The position numbers and the translations under genes are program-made. 64,000 nucleotides of DNA from Anaeramoeba ignava BMAN (taxonomy: Eukaryota; Protista; Anaeramoebae). The stretch spans positions 372,001 to 436,000 of the forward strand of contig JAPDFW010000061.1 in the NCBI GenBank assembly GCA_028826165.1, read 5' to 3'. Positions 47,947-59,300 of this stretch are shown in pieces. Numbering within the stretch: position 1 is the first letter of the stretch; each line of letters starts with the position of its first letter. The notes beneath the pieces are model-generated. The model made no database searches and was not told the DNA's origin. It worked only from the letters and a program-made list of their open reading frames with translations.

Positions 47947-49731
47947 ATGAATGATTGTTTATTTTTTGGTAGAAATCAATTTCCAATTCTTTTAAAAAAT
48001 GAACCATATAAAATAGCAAAACCAATTCAATTTAAATTTGAAAATGAAAATGAAAATGAAAATGAAAAACAAATTAAACAAATTTCATCAGGAAATTTTG
48101 CAACAATTTTCCTTTTTGAAAATGGAAAAGCAATAGAATATTTAAATGAAAATTATTCAAATCAAAATACTGAAAAAATTCAAATTGAAGAAAATATTCA
48201 AAAAGTAACTGTTGGTTATCAAAATGAAGCTATTTTAACAAAAGAAGGAAATGTATTTGCAAAAGGAAAAGATATTAATCCAAATAATACAAATGAATTT
48301 ATCAATATTTCATCATTAATTGAAGATAAAAATGATAGAATAATTGAAGATATTGTTTCTGGATTTGGTTCAATTTACTTATTAACTTCAAATCAAAATG
48401 CTTATGGAATTGGTTCAAATGAATATAGTCAACTTGGTTTTGATTCTGAAACACTTGGAAAAACAGAAAAACCAATTTTAATGATGAAAAATGTTTCTAA
48501 AATATTTTCAGGAAATACTTCATTTCATGTTTTTCTTTTAAATTCAAATCAAGAATTATTTGGATTTGGCGATAACAGATTTGGCCAACTTGGATTAGTA
48601 TATACAACAGAAGAAGAAAAAATCCAAAAATTAACACAAATCCAAAATATTCCAAAAGGCAAAATAATTGATATTAAATGTGGATTGTTTCATTCAATAA
48701 TGTTGATTGAAAATGAAAATGAAAATCAAAATGAAAATCCAAAAAGAAAAATTTATTCATGTGGATATTCTAAATATAATGGACTTGGCAAAGATGAAGA
48801 TACTTATGAATTTACTGAAATCAAATCATCTTTATTTGAAAATGATAATATTATTATTGATTTTTATGTTGGAAGTAATCATACTTTGATTTTAACTTCT
48901 AATTCAAAGATGATAGGATTTGGACATAATTATTGGGGTCAATTAGGAACTGGAAATACAGAAGATCAACTAATTCCAATTCAAATTGAACTTCCTAAAT
49001 TAAGATTTAATGAAAATATTTCCAATTATCATATTTCTTGTGGATTTCAGAAATCATTTATTTATTATTCTCCTCTTTCTTTTTCCAATCTTGAAGAAGA
49101 TTTGATAAAACTATTTAGAAGAAAAGAATTTTGTGATATTTCATTTAAAACCGAAAATGGAGAAATAATTGAAGCTCATAAATTAATATTGAAATATAGA
49201 TTAAATCAAAATCAAAATGAAATTGAAAAACTTCAAGAAATTATTTCAAAAAAATCAATTAAAGAATCAAATCAAATATTTGAAATGATTTATTCAAACA
49301 ATTCCAATATAAATCCAAAATTATATTTTGAAATTAAAGAAATTATAAATTCAAATGAAAAAATTGAAGAAACAATGAAAAGAATTTATTTAAATGAAAA
49401 TGAAAATGAAAAAGATTTTATTATTGAAAGAAAAGAAAAACAATATAAATTTCCAAAATTAATATTAATAATGAGAAGTGAATTATATCGAGGAATGTTT
49501 TTATCTGTAACAAATGATAAATCAAATAAAGTTACAGATTATAGTGAATTAAGTAATAAATCATTTCAAATATTTGAATATTGGATTTATTCAAATCAAA
49601 TTAAAGATGATATTCAAATTACACAAGAAATAATTAATGAAATTCAAATTGGAATTGATTATTTTCAATTAAATCAAACAAATCCAAATTTATTTGATTT
49701 ATTAATTAACAAATTTAATAATCAAAATTAA
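47947..49731 (+). CDS. RCC1 + tandem BTB protein, array copy D
   Basis: Full-length close paralog of copy A. Confidence 0.9.
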   Translation: MNDCLFFGRNQFPILLKNEPYKIAKPIQFKFENENENENEKQIKQISSGNFATIFLFENGKAIEYLNENYSNQNTEKIQIEENIQKVTVGYQNEAILTKEGNVFAKGKDINPNNTNEFINISSLIEDKNDRIIEDIVSGFGSIYLLTSNQNAYGIGSNEYSQLGFDSETLGKTEKPILMMKNVSKIFSGNTSFHVFLLNSNQELFGFGDNRFGQLGLVYTTEEEKIQKLTQIQNIPKGKIIDIKCGLFHSIMLIENENENQNENPKRKIYSCGYSKYNGLGKDEDTYEFTEIKSSLFENDNIIIDFYVGSNHTLILTSNSKMIGFGHNYWGQLGTGNTEDQLIPIQIELPKLRFNENISNYHISCGFQKSFIYYSPLSFSNLEEDLIKLFRRKEFCDISFKTENGEIIEAHKLILKYRLNQNQNEIEKLQEIISKKSIKESNQIFEMIYSNNSNINPKLYFEIKEIINSNEKIEETMKRIYLNENENEKDFIIERKEKQYKFPKLILIMRSELYRGMFLSVTNDKSNKVTDYSELSNKSFQIFEYWIYSNQIKDDIQITQEIINEIQIGIDYFQLNQTNPNLFDLLINKFNNQN

Positions 49732-49886
49732 AATCAAAATTAAAATCAAAATCAAAATTAAAATTAAAATTAAAATTAAAATTCATTTATAAAATTAAAA
49801 TTAAAATCAAAATTAATATTAATATTAAAATTAAAATTAAAATTAAAATTCCAAAAATATTTTTTTCATTTTTTTTCTTTTTAAAA

Positions 49887-51686
49887 ATGAATGATTGTTT
49901 ATTTTTTGGTTTAAATCCAAAACTTATCAAAAATGAACCATATAAAATAGCAAAACCAATTCAATTTAAATTTGAAAATGAAAATGAAAATGAAAATGAA
50001 AAACAAATTAAACAAATTTCATCAGGAAATTTTGCAACAATTTTCCTTTTTGAAAATGGAAAAGCAATAGAATATTTAAATGAAAATTATTCAAATCAAA
50101 ATACTGAAAAAATTCAAATTGAAGAAAATATTCAAAAAGTAACTGTTGGTTATGATAATGAAGCTATTTTAACAAAAGAAGGAAATGTATTTGCAAAAGG
50201 AGAAGATATTAATCCAAAAAATCCAAATGAATTTATCAATATTTCATCATTAATTGAAGATACAAATGATAGAATAATTCAAGATATTGTTTCTGGATTA
50301 AGTTCAATTTACTTATTAACTTCAAATCAAAATGTTTATGGAATTGGTTCAAATGAATATAGTCAACTTGGTTTTGATTCTGAAACACTTGAAATAACAG
50401 AAAAACCAATTTTAATGATGAAAAATGTTTCTAAAATATTTTCAGGAAATTCTTCACTTCATGTTTTTCTTTTAAATTCAAATCAAGAATTGTTTGGATG
50501 TGGTGATAATAGATATGGTCAACTTGGATTAGGAGAATCAACAAAAGAAGAATCAATCCAAAAATTAACACAAATACAAAATATTCCAAAAGGCAAAATA
50601 ATTGATATTCAATGTGGATGGACTTATTCAATAATGTTGATTGAAAATGAAAATCCAAATCCAAAAAGAAAACTTTATTCATGTGGATATCATGAAGTTA
50701 ATGGACTTGGCAAAAATGATTGTTATGAATTTACTGAAATCAAATCATCTTTATTTGAAAATGATGATAATATTCTTGATTTTTCTGTTGGATTTGCTCA
50801 TACTTTGATTTTAACATCAAATCCAAAATTGATAGGATTTGGAGATAATTTATTTGGTCAATTAGGAACTGGAGATATAAACCTTCAATCTATTCCAATT
50901 CAAATTGAACTTCCTAAATTAAGATTTAATGAAAATATTTCTAATTATCATGTTTATTGTGGATATAATAGTTCATTTCTTTATTATTCTCCTTTTCTTT
51001 CTTCTTTTTCCAATCTTGAAGAAGATTTGATAAAATTATTTGAAAGAAAAGAATTTTGTGATATTTCATTTAAAACCAAAAATGGAGAAATAATTGAAGC
51101 TCATAAATTAATATTAAAATATAGATTAAATCAAAATCAAAATGAAATTGAAAAACTTCAAGAAATTATTTCAAAAAAATCAATTAAAGAATCAAATCAA
51201 ATATTTGAAATGATTTATTCAAACAATTCCAATATAAATCCAATATTATATTCTGAAATTAAAGAAATTATAAATTCCAATGAAAAAATTGAAGAAACAA
51301 TGAAAAGAATTTATTTAAATGAAAATGAAAATGAAAAAGATTTTATTATTGAAAGAAAAGAAAAACAATATAAATTTCCTAAATTAATATTAATAATGAG
51401 AAGTGAATTATATCGAGGAATGTTTTTATCTGTAACAGAAGATAAATCTAATAAAGTTACAGATTATAGTGAATTAAGTAATAAATCATTTCAAATATTT
51501 GAATATTGGATTTATTCAAATCAAATTAAAGATGAAATTCAAATTACTCAAGAAATAATTGATGAATTAGAAATTGGAATTGATTATTTTCAATTAAATC
51601 AAACAAATCCAAATTTATTTGATTTATTAATTAATAAATTTAATAATCAAAATCAAAATCAAAATCAAAATAAAAATCAAAATTAA
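49887..51686 (+). CDS. RCC1 + tandem BTB protein, array copy E (most divergent propeller)
   Basis: Full-length paralog with unique loops CGWTYS, VGFAHT, GDNLFG and CGYNSS. Confidence 0.9.
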   Translation: MNDCLFFGLNPKLIKNEPYKIAKPIQFKFENENENENEKQIKQISSGNFATIFLFENGKAIEYLNENYSNQNTEKIQIEENIQKVTVGYDNEAILTKEGNVFAKGEDINPKNPNEFINISSLIEDTNDRIIQDIVSGLSSIYLLTSNQNVYGIGSNEYSQLGFDSETLEITEKPILMMKNVSKIFSGNSSLHVFLLNSNQELFGCGDNRYGQLGLGESTKEESIQKLTQIQNIPKGKIIDIQCGWTYSIMLIENENPNPKRKLYSCGYHEVNGLGKNDCYEFTEIKSSLFENDDNILDFSVGFAHTLILTSNPKLIGFGDNLFGQLGTGDINLQSIPIQIELPKLRFNENISNYHVYCGYNSSFLYYSPFLSSFSNLEEDLIKLFERKEFCDISFKTKNGEIIEAHKLILKYRLNQNQNEIEKLQEIISKKSIKESNQIFEMIYSNNSNINPILYSEIKEIINSNEKIEETMKRIYLNENENEKDFIIERKEKQYKFPKLILIMRSELYRGMFLSVTEDKSNKVTDYSELSNKSFQIFEYWIYSNQIKDEIQITQEIIDELEIGIDYFQLNQTNPNLFDLLINKFNNQNQNQNQNKNQN

Positions 51687-51787
51687 AATTAAAAATCAAA
51701 ATTAAAATTAAAATTAAAATTAAAATTAAAATTAAAATTAAAAATTAAAATCAAAAATCATTTTTTTCATTTTTTTTCTTTTCAAAA

Positions 51788-53579
51788 ATGAATGATTGTT
51801 TATTTTTTGGTAGAAATCAATTTCCAATTCTTTTAAAAAATGAACCATATAAAATAGCAAAACCAATTCAATTTAAATTTGAAAATGAAAATGAAAATGA
51901 AAATGAAAATGAAAATGAAAAACAAATTAAACAAATTTCATCAGGAAATTTTGCAACAATTTTCCTTTTTGAAAATGGAAAAGCAATAGAATATTTAAAT
52001 GAAAATTATTCAAATCAAAATACTAAAAAAATTCAAATTGAAGAAAATATTCAAAAAGTAACTGTTGATTATGAAAATGAAGCTATTTTAACAAAAGAAG
52101 GAAATGTATTTGCCAAAGGAAAAGATATTAATCCAAATAATACAAATGAATTTATCAATATTTCATCATTAATTGAAGATAAAAATGATAGAATAATTCG
52201 AAGATATTGTTTCTGGATTTGGTTCAATTTACTTATTAACTTCAAATCAAAATGCTTATGGAATTGGTTCAAATCTATATGGTCAACTTGGTTTTGATTC
52301 TGAAACACTTGGAAAAACAGAAAAACCAATTTTAATGATGAAAAATGTTTCTAAAATATTTTCAGGAAATACTTCATTTCATGTTTTTCTTTTAAATTCA
52401 AATCAAGAATTATTTGGATTTGGCGATAACAGATTTGGCCAACTTGGATTAGTATATACAACAGAAGAAGAAAAAATCCAAAAATTAACCAAAATCCAAA
52501 ATATTCCAAAAGGCAAAATAATTGATATTCAATGTGGGAATGCTTATTCAATAATGCTGATTGAAAATGAAAACCAAAACCAAAATCCAAAAAGAAAAAT
52601 TTATTCAAGTGGATATTCTAAATATAATGGACTTGGCAAAAATGAAGATACTTATGAATTTACTGAAATCAAATCATCTTTATTTGAAAATGATAATAAT
52701 ATTATTGATTTTTATGTTGGAAGTAATCATACTTTGATTTTAACTTCTAATTCAAAGATGATAGGATTTGGACATAATTATTGGGATCAATTAGGAACTG
52801 GAGATACAAAAGATCAATTAATTCCAATTCAAATTGAACTTCCTAAATTAAGATTTAATGAAAATATTTCTAATTATCATATTTCTTGTGGATATTTCAA
52901 TTCATTTATTTACTATTCTCCTTCTTTTTCCAATCTTGAAGAAGATTTGATAAAATTATTTGAAAGAAAAGAATTTTGTGATATTTCATTTAAAACCAAA
53001 AATGGAGAAATAATTTCAGCTCATAAATTAATATTAAAATATAGATTAAATCAAAATCAAAATGAAATTGAAAAACTTCAAGAAATTATTTCAAATAAAT
53101 CAATTAAAGAATCAAATCAAATATTTGAAATGATTTATTCAAACAGAATAATAAATCCAAAATTATATTCTGAAATTAAAGAAATTATAAATTCCAATGA
53201 AAAAATTGAAGAAATAATGAAAAGAATTTATTTAAATGAAAATGAAAATGAAAAAGATTTTATAATTGAAAGAAAAGAAAAACAATATAAATTTCCTAAA
53301 TTAATATTAATAATGAGAAGTGAATTATATCGAGGAATGTTTTTATCTGTAACTGAAGATAAATCTAATAAAGTTACAGATTATAGTGAATTAAGTAATA
53401 AATCATTTCAAATATTTGAATATTGGATTTATTCAAATCAAATTAAAGATGAAATTCAAATTACACAAGAAATTATTCAAGAATTAGAAATTGGAATTGA
53501 TTATTTTCAATTAAATCAAACAAATCCAAATTTATTTGATTTATTAATTAAAAAATTTAATAATCAAAATCAAATTTAA
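51788..53579 (+). CDS. RCC1 + tandem BTB protein, array copy F, with a +1 frameshift at ~52199 (pseudogene or consensus error)
   Basis: ORFs 51788-52297 and 52335-53579 are the two halves. The sequence reads ATT-CGAA-GAT where paralogs have ATT-CAA-GAT or ATT-GAA-GAT. Confidence 0.8.
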
Positions 53580-53744
53580 AATCAAAATAAAAATCAAAAT
53601 TTAAATCAAAATTAAAATCAAAATTTAAATCAAAATTAAAATCAAAATTAAAATTAAAATTAAATTAAAAATTAAAATTAAAATTAAAATTAAAATTAAA
53701 ATTAAAATCAAAATATAAATCAAAAATCAAAATTAAAATCAAAA

Positions 53745-54365
53745 TATAAATATAAATATAAATATCAATATCAATATCAATATCAATATCAATATCAATA
53801 TCAATATCAATATCAATATCAATATCAATATCAATATCAATATCAATATCAATATAAATATCAATATCAATATCAATATCAATATAAATATCAATATCAA
53901 TATAAATATCAATATAAATATAAATATCAATATAAATATCAATATCAATATAAATAAATATCAATATAAATATAAATATCAATATAAATATAAATATAAA
54001 TATCAATATCAATATAAATATAAATATAAATATAAACATAAATATAAATATCAATATCAATATAAATATCAATATCAATATCAATATAAATATAAATATC
54101 AATATCAATATCAATATCAATATCAATATAAATATAAATATAAATATCAATATAAATATAAATATAAATATCAATATAAATATAAATATTAATATAAATA
54201 TAAATATAAATATAAATATCAATATAAATATCAATATCAATATAAATATAAATATAAATATTAATATCAATATAAATATAAATATAAACATAAATATCAT
54301 TATCAATATCAATATCAATATCAATATCAATATCAATATAAATATAAATATAAATATCAATATTA
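53745..54365. repeat. (ATATCA/ATATAA)n hexamer microsatellite closing the RCC1-BTB array
   Basis: About 620 bp of alternating hexamer variants. Confidence 0.9.
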
Positions 54366-55126
54366 ATATCAAAATTAAAAGAGGAATTGATTATTTTCAA
54401 TTTAAAATAAATTAAAATAATTAAAATTAAAAAATAAAATTTTTTTTTTGAAATTTTTCTCTCCTTTCATTTCCATTTTTTTCATTTTCATTTACTTTCA
54501 ATTCCTTTTTCATTTTGCTTTTTTATTTTTCACTTTCAAATTTCCTTTTTTAATTTCACATTTATTTTGCTTTTTAATTTATTATTTTAAATTGAAAAAT
54601 TTTTTTCACTAATTCAAACAAAAAACAAAAAAAAAATAAAATAACAACAAAATAATAAAATAAAAGCAAATTAAAAGAAAATTTTAATTAAATTAAATTA
54701 AATTTATTTATTAAAAAATGAATTTAAAAAAATTGAAATGAATAATTTTTATAAAATTATTAGTAATTATTATTAATAAATAAAATTAAAGTTATGCCCC
54801 CCAAAAAAAATTAAATTAAAAAATAATTAAAAAATTTAATTAAAAAATTTAATTAAAAAATTTATCTTAGTTGTAAAAGTTTTTTTTTTGATCATTTTTT
54901 TTATTTTTTATTTTTCATTTTTCATTTTTTTTATTTTTATTTTTTTTATTTTTTTTAGCAGTTTGTAGTTTCAACTCAATTCAATTCAATTCAATTCTTT
55001 TTTTTAATTTACAAAAAAAAAGAAAACAAACAAAGCATTTAATTTCTTTCTTCTTTACTTAAAAAAAAATTTTTTTTTAATTATTTCTTACTTCACTTTA
55101 TTTTCCTTTTTTTTATTTTTTTCAAA

Positions 55127-55840
55127 ATCGATCCGAGACATTTATTTGATTTAAATTCTGGTTGGTTTGAAAATATTCCAAAAGAACCATTTTACAATCA
55201 ATCACAACCAGAATTTTCATTTTTTGGATTTAATTCAAAAGACATTCAACAACAACAACAACAACAAGTTCAATCACAACAAATTGAAAGTCACGCAAAT
55301 GTCACGAACGACATTGATAGCCTTGAACAACAAGTTATGAAGGAAACAAGCAATGTCAGCACTAAAACGAAGGATCAAGAGAAGACATTGACAAGCAAGA
55401 CACAACAGGAAAATTTAGCACAACAAACAACGCCAACGTCAATAATCCCACCGAATATTTTACAAGAACTTGACAGTTATTACCGAATTGATTTAAATGA
55501 ACCAACTGAAAGTCCAGCTCTTAATGAAGAGGAAATTATCCAGAACTTTTTGATGCAACCTTTGAATATGAATGAGAAAATTAACCGAAAAAATCCTTCT
55601 TTTGGCGTTATTATTTATCTTTATATTAAAAACAATATTCGCACTCACAAAAAAAAGTCAAATTTGCCTTCAAAATATCAACTTCCTCAAAAAGTTAATT
55701 CTTCTTTTGTTCGTAAAGGAAAATGTCCTCGTGAACTTGCTGAATGGATTGTTCGTTCTGGTTATCTTAATGAATTCAAAGATGTAGAAAAGAAAAAAAA
55801 GAAAAAACGAGCTAAAAGAAAAGCTGAAGATGAAAATTAG
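55127..55840 (+). CDS. Hypothetical protein with poly-Q, a small basic globular C-terminal domain and an NLS-like tail
   Basis: ORF 55337-55840 extends in frame upstream with coding-like composition to an ATC at 55127. Basic tail KKKKKKRAKRK. Start uncertain. Confidence 0.6.
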   Translation: MDPRHLFDLNSGWFENIPKEPFYNQSQPEFSFFGFNSKDIQQQQQQQVQSQQIESHANVTNDIDSLEQQVMKETSNVSTKTKDQEKTLTSKTQQENLAQQTTPTSIIPPNILQELDSYYRIDLNEPTESPALNEEEIIQNFLMQPLNMNEKINRKNPSFGVIIYLYIKNNIRTHKKKSNLPSKYQLPQKVNSSFVRKGKCPRELAEWIVRSGYLNEFKDVEKKKKKKRAKRKAEDEN

Positions 55841-56319
55841 TTACTTTTTATTTTTTTATTTACTTCAGACATTTACAACAAACAAAAACAAGAAACAACA
55901 ACAACAACAAACAAAAACAACAAAAACAACAAAAACAACAAAAACAACAAAAACAACAAAAACAAAAACAAAAAAACAAAAAACAACAAAAACAAACAAA
56001 AACAAACAAAAACAAAAACAAAAACAAAAACAAAAACAAAAACAAAAACAAAAACAACAAAATGACAAATCAAAAGTTCTATTCAAAACAAACAAAAAAG
56101 AAAATGATTTTGTTGATATTTTTTTCCTTTTCATTTTCTTCTTTCTTTCTTTCTTTGTTCTTTTTTTTCTTTTCTATTTTCTTTTCTATTTTCTTTTCTA
56201 TTTTTTTTTTCCGAACAAAATAACAAATTGTTCTTCTTTTTTTTTTCAATTTTTTATTTTGTTTTTTTTTTTTTCATTTTTTTATTTTCAAAAATAAAAA
56301 ACAAACAAACAAAAACAAA

Positions 56320-59300
56320 ATGAAAAAAAATCATTCTTTTAAAAGAAAACAAAAAGTAAAAAAAGATAATTCTTTACAAGCAATAATTTTTGCAGGAGAT
56401 TTTCAACCAAAATTTTCACCAATTTCAATTGAAAAACCAAATGTAAAAAAAAATTTTTTTTAATTTTTTAATTTAATTTTTTAATTTAATTTTTTAATTT
56501 AATTTTTTAATTTAATTTTTTAATTTAATTAGTGGATGTTTCCTGTTTTAAATATTGAATTACTTCAATATACAATTGATTTTCTTGAAATGAATGATAT
56601 TCATGAAATTGCAATTTATACAGGAACAAAAAATGAAAAAATTAATCATTTTATTAAGTAAAAACTCATTTAGAATTAATTTTAATTTTAATTTTAATTT
56701 TAAATTTAATTTTAATTTTAATTTTAATTTTAATTTTAATTTTAATTTTAATTTTAATTTTAATTTTAATTTTAATTTTAATTTTAATTTTAATTTTAAT
56801 TTTAATTTTTAATTTTAATTTTAATATTAATAATTTTAATTTAATTTTAATTTTAATTTTAATTTTAATTTTAATTTTAATTTTAATTTTAATATTAATT
56901 TTAATTTTAATTTTAATTTTAATTTTAATTTTAATTTTAATTTTAATTAATTTTAATTTTAATTTTAATTTTAATTTCAAAATGAATTTTAATTTTAGGA
57001 AATGTAAAAAATGTTCAGGTTCTCGAATTCAAATTAAAGAATTTGAAGGTAATAACTGTTCCTGTTTAGGAGATGTACTTACTTATATTGATAAAAGTAG
57101 TGATTTTTTAATTACAAGAGATTTTGTTCTTGTTTCAGGAAATACAATATCAAATTTTGATCTTTCACATTCAATTAGTCAATTTAAAAAAAGAAAAAAA
57201 AAAGGAATTGAAAATGTTATGACAATTGTTATGCAAAAAAAAACACCAATTCATACAAAGTGATTTGATTTGATTTGATTTGATTTGATTTAATTTGATT
57301 TAATTTAATTTAATTTATATTAAAATTTATATTAAAAATTATATTAAAAATTATATTAAATATTATATTAAAAATTATATTAAATATTATATTAAAAATT
57401 ATTTTAAATATTATATTAAATATTATATTAAATATTATATTAAAAATTATATTAAAAATTATATTAAAAATTATATTAAATATTATATTAAATATTATAT
57501 TAAATATTATATTAAATATTATATTAAAATATTATATTAAAAATTATATTAAATATTATATTAAAAATTATATTAAAAGTTTATATATTAAATATTATAT
57601 TAAATATTATATTAAATATTATATTAAAAATTATATTAAAAATTATATTAATTATTATATTAAAAATTATATTAAAAATTATATTAAAAATTATATTAAA
57701 AATTATATTAAAATTTATATTAAAATTATATTAAAAATTATATTAAGAAATAAAAAAAAATATATTAAATATTATATTAAAATTTATATTAAATATTATA
57801 TTAAATATTATATTAAAATTATATTAAATATTATATTAAAAATTATATTAAAAATTATATTAAAAATTATATTAAAAATTATATTAAATATTATATTAAA
57901 TATTAAAATTATATTAAAAATTATATTAAAAATTATATTAAAATTTATATTAAAAATTATATTAAATATTATATTAAAAATTATATTAAAAATTATATTA
58001 AAAATTATATTAAAAATTATATTAAAAATTATTTTAAAATTTATATTAAATATATTAAATATTATATTAAAATTTATATTAAAATTTATATTAAAAATTA
58101 TATTAAAATTATATTAAATATTATATTAAAAATTATATTAAAAATTATATTAAATATTATATTAAATATTATATTAAAAATTATATTAAAAATTATTTTA
58201 AAAAAAAATATAAAAATTATAATAAAAAATTTATTAAAAATTATATTAAAAATTATATTAAAAATTATATTAAAAATTATATTAAAATTATATTAAATAT
58301 TATATTAAATATTATATTAAATATTATATTAAATATTATATTAAATATTATATTAAATATTATATTAAATATTATATTAAAAATTATATTAAATATTATA
58401 TTAAATATTATATTAAATATTATATTAAAAATTATATTAAAAATTATATTAAAAATTATATTAAATATTATATTAAAAATTATATTAAAAATTATATTAA
58501 ATTTATATTAATTATTATATTAAATATTATATTAAAATTTATATTAAAATCTATATTAAAATTTATATTAAATATTATATTAAAAATTTATATTAAATAT
58601 TATATTAAAATATTATATTAAATATTATATTAAATATTATATTAAATATTATATTAAATATTATATTAAAAATTATATTAAATATTATATTAAATATTAT
58701 ATTAAAAATTATATTAAATATTATATTAAATATTATATTAAAAATTATATTAAAAATTTATTTTAAAATTTATATTAAATATTATATTAAATATTATATT
58801 AAAATTTATATTAAATATTATATAAAAATTATATTAAAAATTATATTAAATATTATTTTAAAAATTATTTTAAAAATTTAGTTGGTCAGATAACCTAATT
58901 GTGGGAATAGATAAAGAAACAAATCAATTAGTTTATTATGAAAAAATTCCAGATAAAAAATTAACACTTCCAGTTGAAAAATTCAAAAAATATAATGATT
59001 TAACAATTCACAACAATATCATTGATCCACACATTTACATTTGTTCATTCGAAATATTATCACTATTAGAATACGACACAAGACATTGGAAAGATCTCAT
59101 TCATACAATCATGAATAACGAAGAAACACAAAGAACAAAAATTCATGTTTCAATGATTAAAAACGGATATGTTGGCAGAATTCATGATTTCTCATCTTAT
59201 TTAAATGTTTCAATTGATTTGATGAAAAGATGGTGTTATCCAATTGTTCCAGAAAAAAATTCACTTAGTTTAAACACAGAATATCGCCATTTCCGATCTT

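Noticed and set aside
41653-53579. Diversity-generating retroelement acting on the RCC1 genes
   Set aside because: No reverse transcriptase or template repeat is present in the window, and substitutions are not restricted to adenines.
14517-56980. Many ORF-track entries of the ILILIL, FDFDFD, KIKIKI, IDIDIY and NFNFNF type
   Set aside because: They are alternative-frame or antisense readings of hexamer microsatellites, not genes.
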